Of a stretch of 32,000 nucleotides of DNA, positions 23,528 to 32,000 are shown in pieces. Both the position numbers and the translations under genes were made by a program. Positions within the stretch are counted from its first letter, which is position 1; every line of letters begins with the position of its first letter. Below the pieces are notes generated by a model. That model searched no databases, had not been told where the DNA came from, and saw only the letters and a list, made by a program, of their open reading frames with translations. The stretch covers positions 134,189 to 166,188 of the forward strand of contig CAZXEQ010000003.1 of NCBI GenBank assembly GCA_964640155.1, in the 5' to 3' direction. Source of the stretch: an uncultured bacterium (GTDB taxonomy: Bacteria; Auribacterota; JACPWU01).

Positions 23528-23569
23528 ACCCTTAGACTTTCCGAATTTTGGAAATACTAAGGGTTTTTT
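23528..23569 (+). terminator. Strong intrinsic terminator inside the nrdB 5' leader (attenuator)
   Basis: ACCCTTAG..TTTCC-gaatttt-GGAAA..CTAAGGGT forms 13 bp with a 2x2 internal loop, followed by T6 (23564-23569). It ends 22 nt before the nrdB ATG and upstream of its RBS. Confidence 0.7.
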
Positions 23570-23591
23570 GTGCGAAAAAGGGGGAGGGGAA

Positions 23592-24551
23592 ATGGAGAAT
23601 TTATTAAAAGAAAATAAGGAACGTTTTGTTCTTTTTCCAATTAAGCATGCTGAAATATGGCAAATGTATAAAAAGGCAGAGGCTAGTTTTTGGACGGCAG
23701 AGGAAGTGGATTTGTCTCACGATTTAAATGATTGGGCAAAATTGAACCCAGGAGAGAAACATTTTGTTACTCATGTTTTAGCTTTTTTTGCGGCCAGTGA
23801 TGGCATTGTAAATGAAAATCTAGCCATGAATTTCTTAAGAGAAGTTCAAATTCCCGAAGCACGTTGTTTCTATGGTTTCCAAATCATGATGGAAAATATT
23901 CATTCAGAAACTTATTCTCTTTTGGTAGATACTTACGTTCACGATCCCGTTGAGAAAGACAAACTTCTCCATGCCATTGAAACAGTGCCTTGTGTTCAGA
24001 AAAAAGCAAGTTGGGCGCTACAATGGATTAAAAATGGAAGTTTTGCAGAGCGTTTGGTAGCTTTTGCAGCCGTCGAAGGAATTTTTTTCTCAGGAAGTTT
24101 TTGTTCTATTTTCTGGCTTAAAAAAAGAGGATTAACACCCGGTCTTTGCTTTTCAAATGAACTAATTTCTCGTGATGAGGGTCTTCATTGTGATTTTGCT
24201 TGTTTGCTTTACAGTATGTTGGAAAATAAACTTTCTGTAGAAAAAATTTATGAGATTATTGGTCATGCAGTTGAAATAGAAAAAGAATTTGTAACGGATG
24301 CCTTGCCTGTGGATTTGATTGGCATGAATTCAAAATTGATGAGTCAGTATATAGAATTTGTTGCAGATCGATTGATCGCTGCTTTAGGATATCCAAAGAA
24401 ATTTAATGCTTCTAATCCATTTGATTTTATGGAGCTTATTTCTTTGCAGGGAAAAACGAATTTCTTTGAGAAACGTGTAGCAGAGTATCAAAAAGCTGGA
24501 GTTATGAGTGCTAAAGAAGAGCATGTGTTTAGTCTCGATAAGGACTTCTAA
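23592..24551 (+). CDS. nrdB: Ribonucleotide reductase class Ia small subunit (R2), eukaryote-like
   Basis: Start at ATG 23592 ([18 protein letters not shown]) after RBS aaaagggggagggg. The tracked TTG 23568 lies inside the terminator U-tract. Iron ligands and radical Tyr are present: [25 protein letters not shown] (E..H...Y), [19 protein letters not shown]. Confidence 0.95.
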   Translation: MENLLKENKERFVLFPIKHAEIWQMYKKAEASFWTAEEVDLSHDLNDWAKLNPGEKHFVTHVLAFFAASDGIVNENLAMNFLREVQIPEARCFYGFQIMMENIHSETYSLLVDTYVHDPVEKDKLLHAIETVPCVQKKASWALQWIKNGSFAERLVAFAAVEGIFFSGSFCSIFWLKKRGLTPGLCFSNELISRDEGLHCDFACLLYSMLENKLSVEKIYEIIGHAVEIEKEFVTDALPVDLIGMNSKLMSQYIEFVADRLIAALGYPKKFNASNPFDFMELISLQGKTNFFEKRVAEYQKAGVMSAKEEHVFSLDKDF

Positions 24552-24577
24552 TTATTTAAAAAAAGAGGGGGGAAACC

Positions 24578-26950
24578 ATGTACGTTATTAAACGAGATGG
24601 GAGACGGGAGTCAGTAAAGTTTGATAAAGTGACAGGGCGTATTGAGCGACTTTGCTATGGATTAGATCCAAAGCATGTTGAACCAGTGGAAGTGGCCAAA
24701 AAAGTCATTCAAGGCATTTATGATGATGTAACAACCTCCGAACTTGATAATCTTGCAGCTGAAATAGCTGCATCTATGACGACGCAACATCCCGACTATG
24801 CCCTTTTAGCCTCTCGAATTGCAATTTCTAATCTCCATAAGAATACTAAAAAGTCTTTTTCTGAAACCATGCACGATCTTTATTCTTATGTGAATCCCAA
24901 AACAAATCAGAAGTCTCCTTTGCTTGCAAAAGATGTTTATAAAATTATTGAGAAGAATGCAGAGTTATTAGATTCGACCCTTATTTATGACCGTGATTTT
25001 GACTATGATTATTTTGGATTTAAAACTTTAGAGAAGGGTTATCTTTTAAAGATTAATGGGAAAGTCGTAGAGCGTCCTCAACAAATGCTTATGCGCGTTT
25101 CTATTGGAATTCATAAAGAAGACATCGAATCTGCGATTGAAACCTATCAATTGATGTCTCAAAGATGGTTTACGCATGCGACACCTACGCTATTTAATGC
25201 AGGTACTTCCAAGCCTCAACTTTCTTCCTGTTTTCTTTTGGCTCTTAAAGATGACAGCATTGAAGGAATTTACGATACGCTCAAACAATGCGCCAAGATT
25301 TCCCAATCTGCGGGTGGTATCGGTTTAAGTATTCACAATGTTCGTGCAACAGGCTCTTATATTCGTGGATCCAATGGCACCTCTAATGGAATTGTCCCGA
25401 TGTTACGTGTATTCAATGACACTGCGCGTTATGTGGATCAAGGGGGAGGAAAAAGAAAAGGGGCTTTTGCTGTTTATCTGGAACCTTGGCATGCCGATAT
25501 TTTTGAGTTTTTAAGTTTGAAGAAAAATCATGGAAAAGAAGAAATGCGGGCGCGGGATTTATTCTATGCTTTATGGATTCCGGATCTTTTCATGAAAAGA
25601 GTAGAAGCTAATGGAAATTGGTCTTTATTTTGTCCTAATGAGGCCAAAGGTCTCTCAGATGTTTGGGGGAAAGCGTTTGAAGAGTTATATGAAAAATATG
25701 AAAATGCAGGTTTGGCTCGAAAAACAGTGAAGGCGCAGGATTTGTGGTTCTCTATTTTAGAATCACAGATTGAGACCGGAACGCCGTACATGCTTTACAA
25801 AGATGCTGCAAATGGTAAATCCAATCAGCAGAATTTAGGAACGCTTAAAAGTTCCAATCTTTGTACAGAGATTATGGAATATACATCTTCGGATGAAGTT
25901 GCGGTTTGCAATTTGGCTTCGCTGGCTTTGCCCTGTTTTGTAAATGAATCAGGTTTTGACCATCAGAAACTTTTTGAAGTCACCCAACGTGTGACAAAAA
26001 ACCTTAATAAAATTATCGATGTGAATTATTATCCGATTGAGGAAGCTCGACGATCTAATTTGAGACATCGTCCGATTGGAATTGGAGTTCAAGGATTGGC
26101 CGATGTTTTTATTCTTCTTAAAATGCCTTTTGATTCTGAACAGGCAAGGGCTTTAAATAAGGATATCTTCGAGACGCTTTATTTTGCGGCTATGACTGCG
26201 TCTAAAGATCTTGCAAAAGTGCAAGGGCCTTATGAGACATTTCAAGGGTCCCCCTTATCTCAAGGAAAATTCCAATTCGATCTATGGAATGTGAAACCTT
26301 CTTCAAGATGGGATTGGGAGGCTTTAAGAGAAGAAGTTAAGCAATACGGGGTTAGAAATTCTCTTTTAATTGCACCGATGCCGACCGCTTCTACTTCTCA
26401 AATATTGGGGAATAATGAGTGTATTGAACCATATACTTCCAATATTTACAGTCGCAGGGTGTTGTCTGGAGAATTTATGGTAGTGAATAAATATCTTCTG
26501 AAAGATCTTGTGGGTTTAGGTTTGTGGAACAGTAAGATGAAAGAAAAGATTATTGCGAATAATGGATCAGTTCAAAATATTCCTGAAATTCCACAAAATA
26601 TTAAAGATATTTATAGAACAGCATGGGAAATCAAACAAAGAGCATTGATTGATATGGCTGCTGATAGAGGAGCTTTCATTTGCCAATCTCAGTCTTTGAA
26701 TCTTTTTGTGGAAGAGGCCAATGTCGCAAAATTAACTTCCATGCATTTTTATGGTTGGAAAAAAGGTTTAAAAACGGGCATGTATTATTTGAGAACAAAA
26801 GCTGCGGTCGATGCGATTCAGTTTACGGTAGAAAAAGAAGTAAAGTTGACTCCAGAACCTGCTGTTAACGCTGTTCAAAAAGAAGAGGGGATGGCCGGAA
26901 TAGCCTGTTCCTTAGAAAATCCCGAGAGTTGTGTTGCTTGTGGGAGTTGA
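24578..26950 (+). CDS. nrdA: Ribonucleotide reductase class Ia large subunit (R1) with ATP-cone, eukaryote-like
   Basis: 790 aa. ATP cone [18 protein letters not shown]. Catalytic motifs SSCFLL, NLCTEI and [16 protein letters not shown]-terminal redox pair CVACGS. Confidence 0.97.
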   Translation: MYVIKRDGRRESVKFDKVTGRIERLCYGLDPKHVEPVEVAKKVIQGIYDDVTTSELDNLAAEIAASMTTQHPDYALLASRIAISNLHKNTKKSFSETMHDLYSYVNPKTNQKSPLLAKDVYKIIEKNAELLDSTLIYDRDFDYDYFGFKTLEKGYLLKINGKVVERPQQMLMRVSIGIHKEDIESAIETYQLMSQRWFTHATPTLFNAGTSKPQLSSCFLLALKDDSIEGIYDTLKQCAKISQSAGGIGLSIHNVRATGSYIRGSNGTSNGIVPMLRVFNDTARYVDQGGGKRKGAFAVYLEPWHADIFEFLSLKKNHGKEEMRARDLFYALWIPDLFMKRVEANGNWSLFCPNEAKGLSDVWGKAFEELYEKYENAGLARKTVKAQDLWFSILESQIETGTPYMLYKDAANGKSNQQNLGTLKSSNLCTEIMEYTSSDEVAVCNLASLALPCFVNESGFDHQKLFEVTQRVTKNLNKIIDVNYYPIEEARRSNLRHRPIGIGVQGLADVFILLKMPFDSEQARALNKDIFETLYFAAMTASKDLAKVQGPYETFQGSPLSQGKFQFDLWNVKPSSRWDWEALREEVKQYGVRNSLLIAPMPTASTSQILGNNECIEPYTSNIYSRRVLSGEFMVVNKYLLKDLVGLGLWNSKMKEKIIANNGSVQNIPEIPQNIKDIYRTAWEIKQRALIDMAADRGAFICQSQSLNLFVEEANVAKLTSMHFYGWKKGLKTGMYYLRTKAAVDAIQFTVEKEVKLTPEPAVNAVQKEEGMAGIACSLENPESCVACGS

Positions 26951-26952
26951 TG

Positions 26953-27133
26953 AGTTTCAAAGTCTATAAATTAATGCCATGACCAAACGGAGCGTTCAGA
27001 CACGTTCGTTTACCCCGGCGAGGTAAACGAACTCAAAGAAGATCTCGCTCTCCCCGATATTCATCGGGGTTCCATGCTCTCTCGATCTTCAATGGTCTTC
27101 ACACTCTGTTGAACGATCTAAAAACTTGAAACT
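26953..27133 (+). other. Densely structured 181-nt intergenic region between convergent nrdA and the M23 peptidase gene (nested helices; unknown RNA or compound terminator)
   Basis: Nested complementarities are AGTTTCAA 26953-60 / TTGAAACT 27126-33 and CGTTCAGACA 26993-27002 / TGTTGAACG-type 27106-15. Hairpins are GTTCGTTTACC-ccggcga-GGTAAACGAAC at 27004-32 and CCCCGAT-attc-ATCGGGG at 27052-69. The second hairpin is enclosed by GAAGATC 27038-44 / GATCTTC 27084-90. Confidence 0.4.
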
Positions 27134-27143
27134 GTTTTCTGTT

Positions 27144-28406
27144 TTATTGTCTTTCCACAAAAACTCCCTCTCGTGGTTCCCATTGATCTAAATCTCTTTC
27201 CCAAAAATCATTGGGTTGTGGATTAAGACTGACCCGAATATTGGCCAGAGCCATGGGCAAGGTGATTGCACCTTCTGGAAGTTGCCAGAATCCAATATGC
27301 AAATGAGACCATGAAGTATTCCCCGAATTGCCGACAAAACCTAATGGTTGATTATCAGATACAGTTTGTCCTGTGCTGACACCGACTGATCCTTGCTTGA
27401 AATGACCAAACCATAGTCCAATGCCATTTCCTATGTCTAAATAAACTTCATTGGGTGCATGTTGTGCACTTGCAGATTTGGGAGGTAGATCAGGAGCGTT
27501 ATTGAAGGTTCGAATTACTTTTCCTGAAAGGGGAGAAAAAACGGGCTTGTTCCAAGAATGATAATCTGTATTGATTCTACTATCTCGTGGATATGAAGCT
27601 TGAAGTGTATCATCAACGATATAAAGATCATAAGCCCAGACATTTTGATGCGTCCATGCGCCAAAGGCGCCCTGGCCCAAATACCATTTCCCATGGACTG
27701 GTAATTCGATTGATAGAGGAGGTGTTCCTATGACTGGCAAAGTGGCATCAAGAGGGCAAGAGGATGTGAGTCGGAAGCTAGCAACTGCAGGACCATAATC
27801 AATGTAACTTTGAGTTTTAAAGTCCCAAGTGAAGGGGAAAACACGCATCCAAGGACGCATGTTTTCGTTCATGAGAGATTGCACCATTGAAGCAGGTAAA
27901 ACTTGAACAAGACTTTGATAGGGGATGCGAACTTCAACAATATCTCTAATCTGGACTTCAATGCCTGCTAATTGTGTAGAAATAGATGCATGGCCTTCTT
28001 CATTAATCCATAGTGTATGAGTTCCTGTGCTAGAAAGACCGATTTGAATGTCGGGTATTTGATGAGCTGAAAAATCAATATCAAACCAGAAGGCTCTATC
28101 TTCTTGTGAGGGTCGTGCTGCAGTAGCAATGAAGATGAGAAGATCGTTTTGACGCGGAGCAATAGAAACGTTTGTAATATCTCGTGAAGGGTCATACACA
28201 TCGCCTGCAGGCTCCGAAAAAGAAGGAATGCCTCTCCAATCTAATCCTCTACCATCGATTCGAATGTGTGAAGCTATGCTTTGTATGCTTCTGATTTTTT
28301 GATGAATGAGAGCATCGTTGTTTTGTGCTATTGCAGTGTGCAATGAAAATGAAAAGAGCGCAAACAGTATTATTTTTAATGACCTTAAAAATATTTTATT
28401 TTGCAT
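27144..28406 (-). CDS. Secreted M23-family (LytM-type) metallopeptidase with large N-terminal domain
   Basis: 420 aa with signal peptide ending AIA-QN. C-terminal M23 signature FVGNSGNTSWSHLHIGFW and upstream H..VWAYDLY. The N-terminal roughly 250 aa have unknown function (DGRGLDW motif). Confidence 0.8.
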   Translation of the reverse strand: MQNKIFLRSLKIILFALFSFSLHTAIAQNNDALIHQKIRSIQSIASHIRIDGRGLDWRGIPSFSEPAGDVYDPSRDITNVSIAPRQNDLLIFIATAARPSQEDRAFWFDIDFSAHQIPDIQIGLSSTGTHTLWINEEGHASISTQLAGIEVQIRDIVEVRIPYQSLVQVLPASMVQSLMNENMRPWMRVFPFTWDFKTQSYIDYGPAVASFRLTSSCPLDATLPVIGTPPLSIELPVHGKWYLGQGAFGAWTHQNVWAYDLYIVDDTLQASYPRDSRINTDYHSWNKPVFSPLSGKVIRTFNNAPDLPPKSASAQHAPNEVYLDIGNGIGLWFGHFKQGSVGVSTGQTVSDNQPLGFVGNSGNTSWSHLHIGFWQLPEGAITLPMALANIRVSLNPQPNDFWERDLDQWEPREGVFVERQ

Positions 28407-28457
28407 GAAAAGACCCCCCGTTGTTTATGACTTTGGATATATAAATGTATTCTTTTT

Positions 28458-28542
28458 AAAAGGTGACGGGTCCTGCCACTCGTCAGCCCCACCGTGCTCA
28501 TGAAAAATTGCGTGCGGCGGGGCTCCCCGTCGAGTGTCACCC
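28458..28542 (-). repeat. GC-rich ~80-nt structured element, copy 2 (inverted relative to copy 1)
   Basis: The reverse complement reads GGGTGACACTCGACGGGGAGCCCCGCCGCACGCAATTTTTCATGAGCACGGTGGGGCTGACGAGTGGCAGGACCCGTCACC followed by TTTT. It aligns with copy 1 over about 80 nt with about 14 substitutions and one indel. The ends pair (GGTGAC/GTCACC). Confidence 0.8.
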
Positions 28543-28573
28543 AGACATGTGGGGGAAAAGTTAGAACATAATT

Positions 28574-29620
28574 CTATTTCAATGAAGACATATCGATGAC
28601 AAATCGATATCGGACGTCATTTTTTAATATACGTTCATAAGCTTCATTGATTTTCTGTATCGGAATCATTTCAACCTCTGAGACGATGTTGTGTTTGGCA
28701 CAAAAATCCAACATTTCTTGTGTTTCGCGAATGCCACCAATCAGAGATCCTGTAAGCTTTCGACGGCGCATGATCAAATTGAAAGTTGCGATGGGTAAAG
28801 GCTTTTCAGGAGCTCCCACAAGTGTCATGATCCCGTCTTGTTTTAATAATTCTAAATATTGACTGAGATCATGTTCAGCAGAGACGGTATCCAAAATAAA
28901 ATCTAAACTTTCTAAATGCTGCTCCATTTGTTTTTTATGGGTTGAAAGGACGACTTCATGAGCTCCTAGTTTTTTTGCATCACTTATTTTATTTTGCGAA
29001 GTTGTAAAAAATACCACATGCGAACCAAATGCATGGGCAAATTTTACAGCCATATGACCTAAACCCCCTAAGCCGACAATGCCTACTTTATGACCTTTTC
29101 CTATTTTCCAATACCGAAGAGGAGAATAAGTTGTAATCCCAGCGCAGAGTAAAGGTGCAACTGCTGGGAGATTTAATTCTTTAGGGATGCGAAGTACAAA
29201 GGCTTCATCAACAACAATGGTTTGAGAATAACCTCCGTAAGTTATTCCTTTTGTATGTTTATCTTCACTGTTGTAGGTAAAGATAGGGCCGCTTTTGCAA
29301 AATTGTTCAGTTCCATTTTGACAGCTTGAACATTTTCTGCATGAATCGACCATGCAACCCACTCCAGCAATATCACCCTCTTTAAAATTTTTAACTTGGC
29401 TCCCAGCTTTTATAACGCGCCCTACAATTTCATGCCCTGGTACACAAGGGTAGGTTGTGCTATGCCATTCGTTGCGTGCTTGATGTATATCTGAATGACA
29501 TACACCACAAAAGAGAATTTGAATTTGTATGTCTTGAGGTCCTGGATCTCTACGTTGAAAAGAAAATGGAGTTAAGGGAGTTGTCGTATTTTGACTTGCA
29601 TATCCAATGGTTTGAATCAT
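28574..29620 (-). CDS. NAD(P)-dependent zinc alcohol dehydrogenase, cinnamyl-ADH / YahK-like
   Basis: 348 aa. Catalytic zinc motifs GVCHSDIH and GHEIVG. Structural zinc cluster CRKCSSCQNGTEQFC. Cofactor fold GIVGLGGLGHMAVK. Confidence 0.92.
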   Translation of the reverse strand: MIQTIGYASQNTTTPLTPFSFQRRDPGPQDIQIQILFCGVCHSDIHQARNEWHSTTYPCVPGHEIVGRVIKAGSQVKNFKEGDIAGVGCMVDSCRKCSSCQNGTEQFCKSGPIFTYNSEDKHTKGITYGGYSQTIVVDEAFVLRIPKELNLPAVAPLLCAGITTYSPLRYWKIGKGHKVGIVGLGGLGHMAVKFAHAFGSHVVFFTTSQNKISDAKKLGAHEVVLSTHKKQMEQHLESLDFILDTVSAEHDLSQYLELLKQDGIMTLVGAPEKPLPIATFNLIMRRRKLTGSLIGGIRETQEMLDFCAKHNIVSEVEMIPIQKINEAYERILKNDVRYRFVIDMSSLK

Positions 29621-29800
29621 AAAGAATCCTTTAAGATGAGATCGGTTTATTTTTATAGAAATGATATCAAATTAGTTGAGAATGAAATAGAGTTTGTGCT
29701 TGGTGAAGAAAGCCACTTCGAGTAAGATATTCAGGAATAATTGTTAAAAGAAAATAGAAATTTTTAAGTAAAACATATTAAGAATAATTATGAGATAAAG

Positions 29801-32000
29801 ATGAAACAAAGAAAAATCCAAAGAATTTTGGTGGCCAATCGTGGTGAAATAGCCATTCGCGTTTTTCGTGCCGCTGCAGAGCTGGGTATTCGTACTGTTG
29901 CCATTTTCTCTGAAGAAGACAAGCTTTCCCTTCATCGTTATAAAGCAGATGAAGCCTATTGCATTGCAAAGGGACTGGGCCCTTTGAAGGCTTATCTTTC
30001 CATTGATAAAATTGTTGAGCTTGCAAAAGAAAAAAATGTAGATGCGATTCATCCAGGATATGGGTTCTTGTCTGAAAATGAAGGATTTGCTTCTGCTTGT
30101 GAGAAAGCAGGAATTATTTTTATTGGCCCTTCTTCAAAACATATTGCAATGATGGGCAATAAAGTTGCTGCAAGAAACTTAGCCCAAAAAATGGGGCTTC
30201 CCGTTGTTCCTGGGACTGAAACACCTGTGAGTCTTGAAGATGCCATTCCTCTTGCTCAAAAGATTGGTTTTCCTGTGATGTTGAAATCTGTCTTTGGGGG
30301 AGGCGGTCGAGGAATGCGAATTGCTCGAAGTGTAGAAGAGCTCAAATCATTTTATGTTGAAGCTGCAAGTGAGTCCAAAAGTGCTTTTGGTCGTCCAGAA
30401 ATTTTTGTTGAAAAACTAGTTGAACAACCCAAACACATGGAAGTTCAGATATTGGGAGATCAACATGGACAGGTGGTTCACTGCTTTGAAAGAGATTGTT
30501 CCATTCAACGACGACATCAAAAAGTTATTGAATTAGCACCTGCCTTGGCTTTGTTGAGCTCTCAAGAGGGTAGAAGTCTTCGAGAGAAAATTTTGAGCTC
30601 TGCTGTGAAACTGGCGCGTGAAGCAGGATATTACAGTGCAGGGACTGTTGAATTCTTGGTTCAACCTGAATCAGGAAAATTCTATTTCATGGAAATGAAT
30701 ACTCGCATTCAGGTGGAGCATACTGTGACGGAGATGATTACAGGAATTGATTTAGTAAAGGCTCAAATTAAAATTGCAGAAGGTTATAAGCTTTCTGATC
30801 CGGAAATTGGTATTACCAAACAGGAAGATGTGCAATATCGAGGAGCAGCCATTCAATGTCGAATCACCACAGAAGATCCATCTGCCAATTTTGTTCCTGA
30901 TTATGGACGTTTAACGACGTATCGATCTCCTGCGGGTCATGGCGTGCGTTTGGATGCAGGTAGTGCTCACACAGGGGCCATTATTACACCTTTCTATGAT
31001 TCTCTTCTCGTCAAAGTGACCACGTATGGTCGGCATTTGAGAGAAGCAGCTGAGCGAATGGATAGGGCTCTGGCAGAATTTAGAATTCGAGGGGTCAAAA
31101 CCAATATTAATTTTCTTCGTGCTGTGATGAAGGAAAATGAATTTCTTGAAGGTGATTTTAGAACAAACTATTTAGAAAATCATCCTGAACTTAGAATTAT
31201 TTCGGAAGACAGAGATCGAGCGTCAAAACTTCTTTTTTATATTGCAAATATTATTGCTAATGGGAATCCTGCAGTTAAAAATTTTCAAAGACCTAAACAA
31301 ACTGTATTTGCTCGTATCCCAGAATATGATCACATGGCAGCTGCACCTCGCGGAGCAAAACAAATTTTAGAAGAAAAAGGTCCTGAAGGGCTTGTAAAGT
31401 GGATTTTAAATCAGAAGAAGCTATTGATTACAGATACTACTTTTCGAGATGCTCATCAATCTCTTCTGGCGACGCGTGTACGAACTTTTGACATGTTGGC
31501 TGTGGCTAAAGGAATGTGTAGACGTGAGCCCAATGTTTTCTCATATGAAATGTGGGGAGGCGCTACATTCGACACCGCTTTAAGATTTTTGAAAGAAGAT
31601 CCGTGGGGAAGATTGGCCACCATTCGACAGGCCATGCCCAATGCACTCTTGCAAATGTTGCTGCGTGGATCCAATGCGGTGGGGTATACCAGTTATTCTC
31701 CATCCGTTGTCAAAAGCTTTGTTCAATTAGCTGCTGAAACAGGTGTTGATATTTTTAGAATATTTGATGCTTTTAATCAATTAAAGTCCATTCAAGTAGC
31801 GATAGAGGCTGTGCGTGAGGTAGGTCGTATTGCAGAACCTGCCCTTTGCTATACCGGCAATATTGAAGATCCTAAAAGAAGCAAATACTCTTTAAATTAT
31901 TATGTGAAGCTTGCCAAAGAATTTGAGAAAGCTGGAGCCCATATTTTAGGGGTTAAAGATATGGCAGGTCTTTTACGTCCCTATTCAGCGAGAGCTTTAA
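29801..32000 (+). CDS. pyc: Pyruvate carboxylase, 3'-truncated by the window edge; absent from the ORF track
   Basis: From ATG 29801 the frame is open to the window end. It reads MKQRKIQRILVANRGEIAIRVFRAAAELGIRTVAIFSEEDKLSLHRYKADEAY (biotin carboxylase N-terminus). Further on: EMNTRIQVEHTVTE, then the carboxyltransferase start LLITDTTFRDAHQSLLATRVRT and LQMLLRGSNAVGY. Minus-strand track ORFs in this span are antisense artefacts. Confidence 0.95.
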   Translation, partial: MKQRKIQRILVANRGEIAIRVFRAAAELGIRTVAIFSEEDKLSLHRYKADEAYCIAKGLGPLKAYLSIDKIVELAKEKNVDAIHPGYGFLSENEGFASACEKAGIIFIGPSSKHIAMMGNKVAARNLAQKMGLPVVPGTETPVSLEDAIPLAQKIGFPVMLKSVFGGGGRGMRIARSVEELKSFYVEAASESKSAFGRPEIFVEKLVEQPKHMEVQILGDQHGQVVHCFERDCSIQRRHQKVIELAPALALLSSQEGRSLREKILSSAVKLAREAGYYSAGTVEFLVQPESGKFYFMEMNTRIQVEHTVTEMITGIDLVKAQIKIAEGYKLSDPEIGITKQEDVQYRGAAIQCRITTEDPSANFVPDYGRLTTYRSPAGHGVRLDAGSAHTGAIITPFYDSLLVKVTTYGRHLREAAERMDRALAEFRIRGVKTNINFLRAVMKENEFLEGDFRTNYLENHPELRIISEDRDRASKLLFYIANIIANGNPAVKNFQRPKQTVFARIPEYDHMAAAPRGAKQILEEKGPEGLVKWILNQKKLLITDTTFRDAHQSLLATRVRTFDMLAVAKGMCRREPNVFSYEMWGGATFDTALRFLKEDPWGRLATIRQAMPNALLQMLLRGSNAVGYTSYSPSVVKSFVQLAAETGVDIFRIFDAFNQLKSIQVAIEAVREVGRIAEPALCYTGNIEDPKRSKYSLNYYVKLAKEFEKAGAHILGVKDMAGLLRPYSARAL

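Noticed and set aside
23285-23591. The track ORF 23285..23467 (-) and the TTG start at 23568 for nrdB.
   Set aside because: The minus ORF lies over the NrdR boxes and the promoter and has no coding features. TTG 23568 sits inside the terminator U-tract and upstream of the strong RBS that serves ATG 23592.
26953-27133. The nrdA-downstream structured region considered as 6S RNA or as a MITE.
   Set aside because: The helices form a branched rather than a rod-with-central-bubble shape, which argues against 6S RNA. The terminal inverted repeats are only 8 bp with no visible target-site duplication, which makes a MITE weak. It is kept as an unexplained structure in the findings.
1-32000. Search for CRISPR arrays, rRNA genes, IS elements, integrases, toxin-antitoxin pairs and phage or defence genes.
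   Set aside because: I saw no regularly spaced direct repeats, no transposase or recombinase motifs and no rRNA-like segments on either strand. All large ORFs have housekeeping or envelope assignments.

Overview
This is an AT-rich chromosomal window, roughly one-third GC by eye, from a diderm bacterium. TonB-ExbBD, OmpA-like and beta-barrel outer-membrane genes and a sigma-54-type promoter support that assignment. I can support about 37 protein genes and one tRNA-Leu(CAA). I see no rRNA, CRISPR array, transposase, integrase or phage genes, so this is core or housekeeping DNA rather than an obvious island.

Gene order:
- glpK (5' end off-window) and ugpQ
- CPBP protease (-) and a small membrane protein
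- fixC and fixX
- tonB-exbB-exbD (-)
- PGPGW membrane protein, hsp20, and an eRF1/Pelota-like protein
- tRNA-Leu (-), pcrA/uvrD, and OmpA-LysM
- sulfate importer operon: beta-barrel OMP, sbp, cysT, cysW, cysA (-)
- Cys/His-rich OMP plus a small exported protein (-)
- guaD
- fur-family regulator, hemP, exported FMN-binding protein, apbE, and a 4-TM bis-His membrane protein
- nrdB and nrdA
- M23 peptidase (-) and a Zn-ADH (-)
- pyc (3' end off-window)

The ORF track misses or truncates three real genes. These are pyc (29801 to the window end, no stop in window), the N-terminus of glpK, and the 56-aa hemP.

Main leads:
1. Two 23-bp perfect palindromes with the same half-site sit 18-22 nt upstream of the fur-family gene and of hemP. 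They define a candidate regulon around an extracytoplasmic flavoprotein / ApbE / putative di-haem membrane module.
2. A 38-codon ORF ending in CCTCIC lies in the long leader of the sulfate-uptake operon. It is a candidate cysteine-sensing attenuator.
3. A GC-rich element of about 80 nt is present twice in opposite orientation, each time between two same-strand genes.
4. An eRF1-like protein has GGW in place of GGQ and an inserted zinc ribbon. It lies next to a sigma-54-driven hsp20 and is preceded by a coupled upstream ORF.
5. Tandem NrdR boxes plus a strong intrinsic terminator sit inside the nrdBA leader.
6. A 180-nt multi-helix region lies between nrdA and the M23 peptidase gene.

All family assignments come from motif recognition by eye. 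No searches or folding programs were run.
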